Assembly: GCF_030684315.1 (NCBI RefSeq)
Contig: NC_081373.1
Span: 40,587,989-40,651,988 of the forward strand
Origin: Stegostoma tigrinum
Lineage: Eukaryota
Reading direction: 5' to 3'
DNA: 64,000 nt
In this document: positions 38,943-51,826 of the stretch, one piece after another
Numbering within the stretch: the first letter of the stretch is position 1
Layout of the letters: each line of letters begins with the position of its first letter
Notes under the pieces: model-generated
Told to the model about the DNA's origin: nothing
Databases searched by the model: none
The model's input: the letters and a program-made list of their open reading frames with translations, nothing else
Translations under genes and position numbers: made by a program

Positions 38943-39045
38943 AGATAACAAGGTGTAGAGCTTGATGAACACAGCAGGCCAAGCAGCATCAGAGGAGCAG
39001 GAAAGCTGAGGTTGCGGGCCTATACCCTTCTTCAGAAATGGGGGA
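38943..39045 (-). mobile_element. Single PLE family A pLTR arm
   Basis: agataacaaggtgtagagc...cccttcttcagaaatgggg, with a decayed hammerhead. Confidence 0.85.
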
Positions 39046-41149
39046 TTTTTAATATAGAAAAGCTGCCTCTGCCCTTTCAGCTTCTCCCAACAAGAAACAC
39101 CCAACTTTATGATGAATTCCCTACAGAGTATAATCTGCAATAGAACCTATTCTAGATATTTAATCAGAACCAAGTAAAACTCAACTATGTCAATATGGGA
39201 TCATACCAGTGAAGAGAAGTATAAGCTATGTGTTCTGTTGTAAGAAGTCACTAACATAGACAACCTATTCCAATATCATAATATATATTTTGCAGCGATT
39301 TACAATGAGACATCTTTTCCCTTGAAGGTCACCATGCTACTTCATTTTTGGGATTTTCTTTTTCCCCTCAAACCTCCACTTTCAGTAAACACATACTCAA
39401 GCTTTTTTTCTATGAATAAATTATTTCACCACACTCTCCAAACCAACACTTGGATTTTGGAGTTTGTGTCAGGTGGTTTGTTTCAAGTTAATTTGGACTG
39501 AATGTAAAATGGTTAATGTTTGATTGATAATCCATTTAATTTGCATGATTCCAAGTAATATCTAATTGAATGGGTTCACTTGCTCCTAGCAGTCAATAAA
39601 AAGCTAAAAAAGTCAGTAAATCAATGAACACCTGAGCAGAATGTGCATAATTGATCTGCAATTACTTTTTCAATACCTTCAATAACCACACAAGTTAACT
39701 ATCAGCTTATCAAATTTTGAGTCAAATACTTTTGTTATAGCAACACAAATGTTCAAATCAGGATATAGATCTTAACACAATATTCTTTTGATATTTTCAA
39801 TGTTCACTTTGAGGTGAAAAATCCATATGAGGCTTCAAATTAGATTTTCCCCCTTTTGATAAAATGGCTGTCTGGCCTTTTAATTAACCAATTATCCCCA
39901 GCTGCAATGCTGAGAACCGGAGGCGCTATATTCCCAGATGACCAATCTTGGTAATTTGTGGCATTTGCCTCCCCCCCCCCCCCACCTCAAGGTTACATAA
40001 ATCTGGGTAAAGATTATTTATTTCATTAGCACCAAATCACCTTTGTCTTGGGCATATCTAGTGACTAGCAGTAAACATCTCTCAACAGAGAATCAATCAA
40101 GGGAGGCACTGACCTTAGATAAGAAAAAGATTTACTGTATGATAATAATAAAATTACTTCGGCATAATTAGGGAGCTGGCTCAGATATATCTAGTCCCTT
40201 GAAAAACTAGAATGGGTGGAGACAAGGAGTTCTACACATTGTGACATCATGGAATGAGTGGAGCAATGCAAAATGAACATTAACCCTTTCAGACTTGTAT
40301 ACAACACCAGTTGTATGCAAGAGACTCAAGCCTCTAAACTTGAACTCTACTGCCCTTCTGCTATGAGATTACTAAAAACATTTCACTAAATGCTATTGCA
40401 ATCTAAATTTCAGGATGTTTTCTCATAGTAAATACCTTTTAAGGAGAGAGAGACATATTCTATAGTTTACATCACCACTGAATTTGTTGCCTGCACAGCA
40501 TAACATATTCCCTGCTGTTTCTATCATGAATTCAGGAAGGTAACAAATATTTCAGATTGCTTTTGATGCTGACGTCTTTGAGGCTGTGCTTGCAAATGAT
40601 GCTTATGTGCTTCCCATCACTCCATTTGAGCGTTCTGACAACTGGCTGCATAAATTAGTTCTACTTTTGCTGTCATGCAAACGTAAATAAAATATTGAAT
40701 TCATTTTCCAAAAGTTGCATGAAAGAATCAAAACCCAATCATTTTGCCATTAGCCATGATCCTACTAAATCGCAGAGCAGGCTCTGGAGGTGCTGAATGG
40801 TTTTCTCCAGATTCTAATTCTTATTGTCTTATGAGCTTTTCTTCAAGATTGATGATTTTCGATTTTACACTGGCAAACGAACAGTTTCAGCACACAATGA
40901 TTTTTTTGCCTTCTTTCTGTTAACTGTGACAAAATGTCCTTGTGTTGTGTCAAAGGCTTTCCACTACAGCCGTTCACCTTGGCAGGATTTTGTGTTTGTT
41001 ATGTCAGAGCATCGCACAACCTATTAGTAATTACAAGGTGCTTCCGAGTATTGGTAAAGTTTACTGGCAATGCAAAATAGACTGGGAGATGGAGCTTTAG
41101 TTTAAAGTTACGAATTAATTAACACAAAGATATCAAGGAATGTAACAAA

Positions 41150-43550
41150 CTGCACACAAGATGTGGAAGCTTCTGAATGCCACTGTGATTCAGAGCAAAC
41201 ACGTCTGCAGTTGCAGGACCTTCAGCTCAGAGTCAATGGACCGGAGGCCAAGTTGCAGGTGCTGCAGAAGGGGGAAGGTTGCCTAGACACCTGGTTCCAG
41301 AAGACAATCATTCCCTTTAATCTACAGTCATCTGATTTGGCCAGTGCTCAGGAACGGGCGGGGAAGGCGGGGGAGATGTGTGATTACCGAGAGACTGCGT
41401 ACGAGATCCACATTGTTCAACTGGTTTGAAGTCCTTTCAGCTTGTAGTAAGTGCTGCTAACTGATCATGACACCATGCTTCAGGAAACCATTCAAGCTGA
41501 GGCGCTAACAGGAACAAAATGGTACTAGGGTGCAGAATAGCGAAGGGACTGACATTGTTCCCTGCAGCAAATAGCACTCATCCAAGCGGCTCTGTTGTTT
41601 GCCTAGTGCCAGTGTATGGGACGTCCGCTCTAAACTGGAGAAGAAATTGCAGAGGAAGTGGACAGATCCAGTGAACGTGTTGTAGGTAGGTACCAATGAT
41701 ATAGATAGAACTACGAAAGAGGTCCTGCTGACGCTTTATCAGAAATTAGGGTCTGAATTAGAAAGCAGAGCCTCTAAAGTAATCTCTGGAATTATGATTT
41801 TGAACCACATACAAATTAACATAGGGCAATTAACATTTGAGAAACTAATGCATGGCTCAAAGACTGGTCTGGTAGAAGTGGGATCCAGTTCATATGGGGT
41901 AATGAAATGTGAGGCTGGATGAACACAGCAGGCCCAGCAGCATCTCAGGAGCACAAAAGCTGACGTTTCGGGCCTAGACCGCCCGAAACATCAGCTTTTG
42001 TGCTCCTGAGATGCTGCTGGGCCTGCTGTGTTCATCCAGCCTCATTTCATCATCTTGGATTCTCCAGCATCTGCAGTTCCCATTATCACTGATCCAGTTC
42101 ATATGGCACTGGCACCAGCACTGGGGAAGGTGCGGTTTGTATTGTTGTGATGGTCTATACCTGGAGTGGCAAGCTGTATGACTGGAAAAATAGAAAGGCC
42201 TTTAAACTAATCAAGGGGCAAGGGATCCAGCTCAGATTGATGTTGCAAATAAAGGGGTAGAGTCAAGACAGGGGAGCAAAAGAACAATGTGGGAAATGAA
42301 GGTTAGAGAATTTCTGGACTGGACAGAACAGAAAACTCTAGGAATATACCCAACTGTCAATTCTAAGCATTGCAAAGATAACTAAGGCAAAACCAAACAA
42401 ACAATCTGTATCTGAATGCACAAAGAATGCATAATAAAAGTTTTTTTTTAAATTGATAGGCACACTTCAAAGGAAATAAATGTGATCTAATTGCCATTTT
42501 AATTGCATAGGGCTGCAGTTGATCAAGATTATGTCCTGAATATTAGCAAGTAAATGACATTCAACAACAGGAAGCATGGTCAAGATGGAGGGGTTAGCAC
42601 TCTTAAATCAACCATGACATTCATGCTGTAGTTAGAGATGACCTAGGTTCGGGAGATCAGATGTAGAATCGATTTGAGTGGATATTGGGAATTGTGGAAA
42701 GAAATCACTGGAGCAAAGTGATCTACACTATTCCTAACAATGACCACAATGTTGGGCGAAGTAAGCAAGAAGCAAAATTGTATGTGATGAAGGGATGACA
42801 ATCACCAGGTGACTTTAATTTGAGGAAAACATTGCATGAAGAAAAAGCATTTAATTGTGCAAAGGTGAATCAAAGATCGGATGATTATCCAGAATATAAA
42901 GAACAAGACGCTCGGTGAAAGGTTAATAATGCAAAAAACAGTGAGAGGAAGCTAGAACTTTAAAATTGGATAAAAAGTGCTTTTTTTTTTGCAGGTAGCC
43001 ATAATACAAAAGAATATAGAGTAACTGTTGGGTGTCTAGAGAGTCGGAATGGGGAGTTAGTAGTAAATAACAAAGAAATACTGTATGAATTGAACAAATA
43101 TTTTGCTTATGAATGAATATAATCTGTTTATTCAAGGGAGGGAGGCAGAAGACAGAACATTGTAGGGTATTTAACATGACATTTGTCATGGACCAGATTT
43201 TATAATTAAATATTTAAGGAGATTATAGTTGAGAAATTTGGAAAAATCCAAGGTAGTTGGGACTCGTTAACATGGTTTTGGCAAAGGAAAATCCTATTTA
43301 ACTGTCTGGAGATCTTTGAAGGAGTAAAATGGACTGTACTTGGATTTCCAAAAGGCATTTGACAGGGTGCAACAAAGATTATTGCATGAATTAAAAGCAC
43401 AGACAGTGCTCAAAGACAATAAATTGGTTGGTTAACAGAAAACAAATGTTCTGTTTTATAAATGGGTCACATTGGCAGTATGTGACAAATATTGTCCCAT
43501 GTAGGTCTACATTGGGGCCTCAAAATTTCACAATTTATATCAATGTAATT
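41150..43550 (+). mobile_element. Old CR1 with ORF1 (SGNH esterase-like) and deleted ORF2 pieces
   Basis: RLCCLPSASVWDV, VGTNDIDR and DGLYL are SGNH motifs, followed by YLNA (APE start) and RT remnants. Confidence 0.75.
41898..42090. mobile_element. Palindromic PLE mini-insertion, young
   Basis: Near-perfect arms fused inside hammerhead stem II. Perfect 16-bp TSD GATCCAGTTCATATGG at 41882-41897 and 42091-42106. Confidence 0.95.
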
Positions 43551-43551
43551 T

Positions 43552-44330
43552 AAATAAATGTGAGGTGTTGCGTTTTGGTGAAGTAAATCAGGTAGGACTT
43601 GTACAGTTAATGGGGCCTTGGGGAGTGTTGCCGAACAAAGAGACGTAGAGGTTCAGGTGCATAGTTCCTTGAAAGTGCAGTTGCAGGTAGACAGACAGGG
43701 TGGTGAAGAAGACATTTGGCATGCTTGCCTTCGTTGGGCAATGATATAGGAGCTGGGACATCATGATGTGGTTGTGCAGGACGTTGGTGAGGCCACTGTT
43801 AGAATACTGCATTTAATTCTGGTGTCCGTGCTATAGGATAGATGTTATTGTTAAACTTGAAAGGGTTCAGAAAAGACTTCCAAAGATGTCTCTGGGATTG
43901 GAGAGGCTAAATAAACTGGGTCATTTCCCCCACCGCCCCCCCCCCCCCCACCAATCCCTGAGCATCGGACGCTGAAGGGTGATCTTAGAGGTTTATAAAA
44001 CCAAGAGAAGCAGGGAGAGGGTGATTGGCAAGGCCTTTTCCCCAGAGTAGGGGAGTCCAACACCGGAGGGTAAAGACTTAAAGTGAGATAGGAAAGATTT
44101 AAATGGGACCTGAGGTGTAACATTCCCTCAAAGGGTGATGCATGTATGGCATGAGCTACCAGAGGAGATGGTGGAGGCAATTTCAACATTTAAAAGGCAA
44201 AATGGATGTGTATATGCATAAGGAGGATTTAGGCAGATATAAGCAATTCCTGGCAAATAGGACTTGATCAATTTAGGAATACTGGTTCGTGCCAAAAGGT
44301 GTGATTCTGTACTGTATAATTCTGACTGTA
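43552..44330 (+). mobile_element. CR1 3' fragment
   Basis: KCEVLRFG and LVRPLLEYCI motifs; tail ctgtactgtataattct. Confidence 0.85.
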
Positions 44331-44942
44331 ATATTCTAGGAAACCAAATTGAAAACTCACCCAATTTGATGAATATGTAGTACATTAATATGCTCATTGC
44401 AGTTGGTATTTCGTATACAGGCATACTAACATTTCTAGTCAAATTGTTGTTGACCTTTAAAGGATAATATTTTGTTTTCCTACTGCCAAAATCATACTAT
44501 TCAAAATTTACAATGAAGCCTTTTGCCCAATGAGCAATATTTAAGTCTCAATTGTTTAATAACTTTCACTAATATTGTATTGTTGCACTAATATTTCTGT
44601 GAATCTGAAACAGACCTAAGATAATACTGGGAAGTACTCAGCAGGTCAAGCAGCATCTGAGGGCAACAAAACTGTTAATGCTTCAGGTGAATTGTCTTCT
44701 GTAAAAAATAGAAAATATACAATTCACTTTTAGTTCCTGAACCATCATGTGGTTATAAGAAAATGTGATCAAGCTAAAGTACTAATTGTTTCTCTCCATT
44801 AAATGCTCCCTGAGTTTCTGTGGCTTTTTATGCTCTTTATAATACTATTCCAGATCTTGGACTGTATTTTTCACTTAAATCTTGAAGATGAACACTTTTT
44901 TTCAATCCTAATGCGAAATTGGAGCAACGTGGATTTGAAGTA

Positions 44943-45077
44943 AAAAGCAAAAGAATTGCGGATGCTGGAAATCTGAAATAAAAACAAAAATTGCAGAAAA
45001 GCTCAGCAGGTCTAGCAGCATCTGTGGACAGAAATCAGAATTAAACTTTCGAGTTCAATGACCCTTCCTCAGAACTG
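44943..45077 (-). mobile_element. PLE family B pLTR with a hammerhead motif (45036-45077); an older inverted pair lies at about 44600-44855
   Basis: cagttCTGAGGAagggtcattgaactcGAAAgtttaattctg on the minus strand. Confidence 0.75.
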
Positions 45078-45724
45078 GGTATGAACAAATTTCAATTCAT
45101 TTGCCTATCACCACAATTTAGCTGCCTTTTAAGAAGGTGGCACTTTAAACACACAGGGACAAAGTGTCCTTATCTGCACACATGTGGAGACAGTTGTAAT
45201 CAACTGTCAGGAATGGCTGCAGGAAATCTGGCCTTACCGGCTATAACTTGCTAGACCACTTCAGAGGGCAGCTAAGTGTTTACCACTGAGGGTCTGTAAA
45301 GTCACTCAGTTCAAGGGTAGACATCAAAGGCTAGTCTTGCTGGCAACATACACATCCCTTAAAAGAGTAAATGATATGGATGAAATCAAACATTTAACAA
45401 AAAAAAGTTTTGTTTCAAAAAACTCCAGTCAAGACATCTGCTACAGATTATTTGTGAGTTTTATGACAGATGTTCATTTTACATATTACAGCCAGTCCCT
45501 AATGATTCAGAAGTAAGTATCTTTCTGCATTAGCTAACCATCTGGATTAATGTCTGTGTTTCACACAATCTAACAAGACTTTCCTATTAGCAGCTATTGG
45601 AACTGATACTGAATTCGGACTTCGGGAATAAAATCACAAATCAGTTGAAGACTGAGGCCAGATTTTCACATTTAGGTCAGGTGATGAGGTTGTTGGTTTG
45701 CTCGCCAAGCTGGCTAGTTATCTT

Positions 45725-45764
45725 ACAGGCATTTCGTCACCATACTAGGTGACATCATCAGTGC
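45725..45764 (-). ncRNA. Hammerhead motif of PLE family C
   Basis: gcaCUGAUGA-uGUCACCuaguauGGUGAC-GAAAugccugu: 6-bp stem II; stem III and the cleavage triplet are mutated. Confidence 0.6.
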
Positions 45765-47338
45765 AGCCTCCGATGAGATGATGTAGTTCTACTCCACTTG
45801 GTATTTATATGATCTGGTCTGTTTAGTTGGCTTGTGTCATTTCTGGTTCAGTTCTGTATGGGTTTGTACATGGGGTCTAATTCCACATGGTTAAGTGCAT
45901 TACAGATTGAAAACCAGGCCTCCAAGGAATCCTCTGTCTGTCTGTAGTTGGCTTGAGCTCAGCTGGCCAAATTGTCCCAGTTAAATTGATGGCCTGCATT
46001 GTCCAAGTGCACAGAGATGAGGGTAGGTTCATATCATTTTGCTGCTAGCTGGTATCCTGGTGTGTATCCTGATGGCTATTTCCTTCCGGTCTGGCCGATA
46101 TAATGTTTGCTGCAGCCAGTGTAAGGTATTCTGTAAACCGTGTTGATCCTGCATGTCATGGGTATGGGGTCTTGAATGTTTGTCGTAGAGCGGCTGCGGG
46201 TTTGTGTGCCTCCATGATTCCTAGTGGTTGTAGGAGTGTCATTGATAGAGTAGTGCGGCTAGTGTATTGGGCCATACTGTCTCCTCTTGGCATTGTCTAT
46301 CTAGTAGGCCATTGCAGATGAAGTCATTGGGATATCGTTGTTAGCAAAGACCTTTTTTTGTGCTCTTCCTCCTTCCTGCACAGTTCTGGAATGTTGCAGT
46401 GAATTGTGGCCCATTGGAGTAGTGACCCAACACAGCTTTGTTTGTAGACATTGCTGTGGAAATTGAGGATTTGTTCAGTGTGGGTTGCCTTCCTATACAC
46501 TGTGGTTTGGAATTCCCCATTCGTCATTTGTTCTACCCCAATGTCTAGAAACCGAAGTTGATTGTTGTCTTCATCTTCTCGCATAAATTTGATCCTGGTG
46601 AAAACATTGAGATGGCATGTATTTTCTAACTTGCAACATTTTAATGACGACAAATATGTTGTTCACATATCGGATCCCCAGTTTTGGCTGCATAAGGGGG
46701 AGGGTAGTGCGTTCCAGTCTTTGCATGACTGCTCCTGCAATACGTCCTGAGATGGGTGACCCCATAGGTACGTTCTTGCTTTGTTTGTATATTTCGCCGC
46801 TAAAGATGAAGTGGGGTGAGGCATAGATCCACGAGTCTGAGTATGTAGTCCCTGCTGATGGAACTAGTTGGACTAGCGGTTTCTGCTCCATGCAGTAATT
46901 TGGCAAGTTTATCTTTCGGCTAGTGGTACGTCAATGGACGTGAATAGTGCTGTGACATCAAAGAATACCTTTGATCTCGTTGCTGAATTTTAATGTTCTT
47001 TAATGTTCTCTTTTAATGAGTGGATGGAGTCAGAATGTCCGTCGACCGGGTGTTTCAGTCTCTGTTGTAGATCCTTGGCCAGTTTGTGAGAAGGTGAGCC
47101 CAGTAGAGAGACAATGGGTCTGAGGGAGATGTCTGGTTTGAGTACTTTGGATAGACTATAGAAGCAGGGGATGTTCAAGACTTCTGGTTTCATTTTCATG
47201 TAATCTACCTTAGTTATTTGTCCCGCATTTTTAGTCTCCTCAACATTTGTGTAATCCTGTTTGCTAGCTGCAGTGCTGCGTCTATCCCCACCTTTTGGTA
47301 AGTGTGTGTATCTACAAGCAGTATCTGGGTTTTCTCAA

Positions 47339-48442
47339 AGATAATAGGAACTGTCAATGCTGGAGTCAGAGATAACAGTGCTGAGCTGGATGAACACAGC
47401 AGGCCAGGTAGCATCAGGGGAGCAGGAAAGCTGATGTTTCATTCTGAAGGGTCCCGACCCAAAACGTCAGCTTTCCTCACCACCCCACCAACCTCCAGAT
47501 CCAACACATCATCTTCCAACACTGCTACCATCTGCAATCAGACCCCACCACCAAAGACATTTTTCCCACCCCACCCTTATCTGCTTTCCAGAGGGACCAC
47601 TCTCTTTGTGACTCCATTGTCCGCTCCACACTCCCTCCAGCCCCATCAAACCTGGCACTTTTCCCTGCAACCAAAGGAAATGCTACATCTGCCCTGACAC
47701 CCCTCTCACCCCCATCCCAGGCCCCAAGAAGACGTTCCACATCAAGCAGATGTTCACCTGCACATGTGCTAATGTGATATACTGCATCTGCTGTTTCTGT
47801 TGTGGCCTCCTCGACATCAGGGAAACCAAGCGGAGACTTGGAGACCGCTCTGCAGAATACCTACAGTCGGTTCACACTGAACAATTGTACCTCCCAGTCG
47901 CGAACCACTTCAAATCCCCCTCCCATTCCTCAGACGACGTGTCCATCCTGGGCTTCCTGCAGTGCCACAATGATACCACCCGAAGGTTGCAGGAACAGCA
48001 ACTCATATTCCGCCTGGGAACCCTACTGCCCAATGGTATCAGTGTGAACTTCATAAGCTTCAATCTTCCCCCCACCCACCCCCCCACATCCCAAAACCAG
48101 CCCTGCCTGTCCCCGTCTCCTTAACCTGTCCTTCTTCCCACACCTAGCCTCATCCTGCCCCCATGACCTGTCCGTCCTCCCTACCTACACTTACCTTTAC
48201 CGGCTCCATCCCTGCCTCTTTGACCTGTCTGTCTCCTCTCCACCTATCTTCTCTTCTATCCACCTCCGCCCCCTCTCCCTATTTATTTCAGAACCCCCTT
48301 CCCCTCCCCAACTTCTGAAGAAGGGTCTAGGCCTGAAATGTCAGCCTTCCCGCTCCTCTGATGCTGCTTGGCCTGCTGTGTTCCTCCAGCTCTACACCGT
48401 GTTATCTCAGGTTCTCCAGCATTGGCAGTTCCTACTATCTCT
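47339..48442 (+). mobile_element. PLE family A 3' end (GIY-YIG + pLTR) with an inverted pLTR at its 5' side
   Basis: VIYCICCFCCGLLDIRETKRRLGDRSAEY; hammerhead motif at 48315-48345; no TSD seen. Confidence 0.9.
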
Positions 48443-48770
48443 GCTGTCATGATGTCTGTTCGTGTCTCTGTGGTTATAGTTTGGTCCAAGTATTAGGACA
48501 GCCTTCTCTGTTTTAAGTGGTCTACTGTATAGGCTTCTTATCCCAGATTCTGGTTTGTTGTTGTCCTCGTCTTTAGGCTCTCCTGTAGCATGTGTTTCTT
48601 CTTCGTTCTTGTCCTGCGTTGTTTGATAGTGATGGTCAGTTCCAGGATTGTGGTCCATTACTGGTCGGTAGTGTTTTGGTACAATGATTTTTAGCATGAA
48701 AATTCTCATTCATACCTTTAGCGCCAGTTGTGGGGGTTGTTGATCATTACCCATAGCATTCTCTAGCCTT

Positions 48771-49072
48771 ATTGTTCAAACGAGAGACGAGGAAGACAGC
48801 AATCCACTTGTATTTCTAGACCACAGGGCAGAAGGTATGACCAATAGGGAGTTCCAAACCACAGAATATAGGAAGGCAATCCACACCTGACCAAATCCTC
48901 AATTTCCACAGCAATCACCCCAATGCCCACAAACAAAGCTGTGTCAGGGCACTCTTCAAATTGGGCCACAACTCAGTGCAACATGCCAGGAAGGAGGGAG
49001 GGCACCTATACAAGGTCTTTGCTAACAATGGATATCCCAACAACTTCATCCTCAAGTGCTTATTAGATAGCG
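48771..49072 (+). mobile_element. Inverted internal fragment of PLE family C abutting its 5' end
   Basis: DQILNFHSNHPNAHKQSCVRALF...YKVFANNGYPNNFI on +, homologous to about 46300-46580 on minus. Confidence 0.8.
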
Positions 49073-49679
49073 ATTAAAAGGTGAGACCTGTTGGTTAGAA
49101 GGCACTTCTGCATTTTCCTGGACTTCAACATGGTTCTAGTCATGGTTTTTAAGCCGTTCAACCTTTACCTCTCCTCCATACGTACCCCATTTTTCCCACA
49201 ACCCTCATTATTCCCCATGACTTCTCCATAGTATTTCATATATCCCATACCTCCGTTCTGCCCCCATGTGTTATCTATGCTCTTTATGCATCATCTTCGC
49301 TCACCTAGGTACAGAATAATGACATTGGCAGCTCTTTAAAATGCACACTAAATAAAAATTAAATCAGGCATTCAACATTCCTTTGGAGAGAACTTATCCT
49401 TTGCAACCTTTTAAAACTGTTAATCAAACACAGCAAATGAAAATCCCTTTGAAGCAGCCTTTCATCTGGTCCAAAAACTCTCAGGCATTGCAAAACACTG
49501 CAAAAGTCCACTGTGAAAACAGCTGCTTAACCATTATTTTATCTTGCCCATGTTTGACGGGGATGCCATATTATGAACGCTATGGATGATTGAATCAGTC
49601 TTTTGTGGGACTGACTATATAGTTTCAACGGAAACTGTAAATTTTGTTTGATAGTTTTATTTCCTTGGAAAAGTTTTCT

Positions 49680-49845
49680 CTGGGTCTGGACTCAAGTCAA
49701 CCGTGTTCTGTGGATATCAATAGTTTTCTAAAATAGCCTCGTGAGCCATTCAGTTCAAGAGTAATTAGGGACAGGAACTAGGGCCAGCCTGGCCAGTGAC
49801 ACCCACACTCTATCTAAAAGAACTCACACTCTATCTAAAAGAACT
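49680..49845 (+). mobile_element. 3' part of a tRNA-SINE variant, ending in a perfect 21-bp tandem duplication (49804-49845)
   Basis: aaatagcctcgtgagccattcagttcaagagtaattaggga...gccagtgacaccc, then (cacactctatctaaaagaact)x2. Confidence 0.65.
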
Positions 49846-51826
49846 AAAGATAGGGTCTGGTTTTAATTCTGCATCAATGGATGGGTTTTGAATTATTTAA
49901 AATCTTGATACAATCAAAAGTGACAAGTGACTTTTAGTGAAATTTGGTGTCCATTAACTATATGGGTTTCACTTTCAGAGCATCAACAAAAAAAAAACAC
50001 ACCTACAAATTTTTAACATAGAACAATAGAGCACAGTACAGGTCCTTTGGTCCACGATGTTGTGCTGACCTACTGCCCTACTAAAATCAAACTACCCCGT
50101 GTACCCTGCATTTTAATAGAATGTTAACTCGGTGATATTTCTCACAATAATAACTATTCAGCATTTCTAGTTGTTTACAAGACAAAAGCAAATTGTGAAG
50201 CATTTCCATCAATTCATCATTTGTCTGAAATAGAAGGCTTTGAAAATTCCATCTTTGTTTCTTTCAAAGAATTTGGAAAAAGGCAAGGAAACAGCCAACT
50301 CCTTACAGTATGAGAGGACCCACCAAGATTCCACACACCCCTGTTGATGCAAACATTACACGCAGCAGCATTCTAAAAAAGACACATTCACAATTCCATT
50401 GTGAGATAGCATACTAAGACTTTCAATTAAAACCTATAACGTAGGCATTGCGAAATGAATAGACAAACAATGGATAAAATTCACTAAACTTGCATTGACA
50501 ATTGATTAAGTGCTGAACTTTGTTTTATTCAATTGTCTGATCACTGAAATTTAATTCTGACAACATCTAAATCATTACAAATTTTTGACAAAAATAAAAG
50601 CTGTACAATTCTCAAATGAAGAGATTGCCCACAAATTGATTTTAAAAAGCATTAGTACTGTCTGCAGCTGCCTGCCTTACTGCAGAAGGGTAAGCTGAGT
50701 TGAATCTTCCATTTGACCTGAATTGTTGGGAAGTCTTTACTGCTGTTGATAAATTCTGTGTGCACATAGAACACCACGCATGCAATAAATCAGATCCTGT
50801 GTCATGTGGCAAGGTAAAAAGGACAAAAGGTCGCCAGTACCTGTGGACAAATTGCATGTGTTTGAAAGAGAGGAGGATCTGGGAAGTTACAACTTTCAAC
50901 CCGCTCCAGTGAGCCACAATGTTCAAAACATTCAAGCTACATGTTTGCAAATAACAATGGTCAGGTAGGAGTAGAAACAATTCTGATTCTAAAAAGCAAA
51001 AATAAACTGTATTTCTTTCACAGTGAAAGCTACAAGGCAAAAGAGGTGTTTCTTGAGGTGGGCTTCTTCTCATGTTTCACAAATGTTTGTTGCACCTTGT
51101 GGTTGACAGTGAATATTAGTTACAGATTGCACACAACCTAAACCTCTTAGCAGATTAATGGTGCTGATCTGAGATATAAGCAAGTGCCAATGTAACTTTT
51201 ACAGCTTTTGTTCGGGGAATAGTGTTTTCACTTACCTTGGTCAATATTGCAGGGCATTAAAACTGTGGCAGTCTCTAGGGCATCATGATGTGTACTTATT
51301 GCCTAGGCAACCCAGTTCCATCACGTTTGCATCACCTTCTTAGGGGTCTTCCTATTCTCAGTTGGCAAGGAGTAATTTTTCTCCATGGCCCTCACTTCCA
51401 TAGATGCCAAAGAAAGCCTGAGAGACCAACTACCGCTGAACTCATCCCCGCATGAGGCATCTACTACTTCACAGAATCTGGCTGATTGTATGTTTCCAGA
51501 TTCCCACAAGTGCATGTGGCTTTATCCAGCTGCAGCAATTTTAATTAGTTAACTTTCTTCACTCCCAGTGGTGATAATGTAATGAGCAAAAGTTTTACCA
51601 CTGTAAACCCATTGCGACTATTTAATGAGAGCGCGCCCAGGAAAAAGCAGCAGTTCAGGAACGAGTGCACAAGGGCATTCACTGCATTTACAGCCTGCTC
51701 CCCTTTTAATAGAGACAGTGGAGATGGAGATGATAGAGTGCTGATGAGAATGAGGGTGTTGACAGCCTGATCAGCTCTTTTCTTCATGGACTGGATTCCT
51801 CAACCTCACTAGGGTTGGGAGCACAG

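Larger units (their letters stand above)
45675..48770 (-). mobile_element. PLE family C (Poseidon-like), near full length but decayed, interrupted by a family A copy
   Basis: FYSLSKVLKPDISLRPIVS, FDVTALFTS, VPMGSPISG, IRYVNNIF, TTVYRKATHT and YIGQTG (GIY-YIG) motifs; pLTR at 45675-45800. Confidence 0.88.

Noticed and set aside
50642-51073. 143-aa ORF as a protein-coding gene
   Set aside because: No recognisable family; the upstream donor phase does not maintain this frame.
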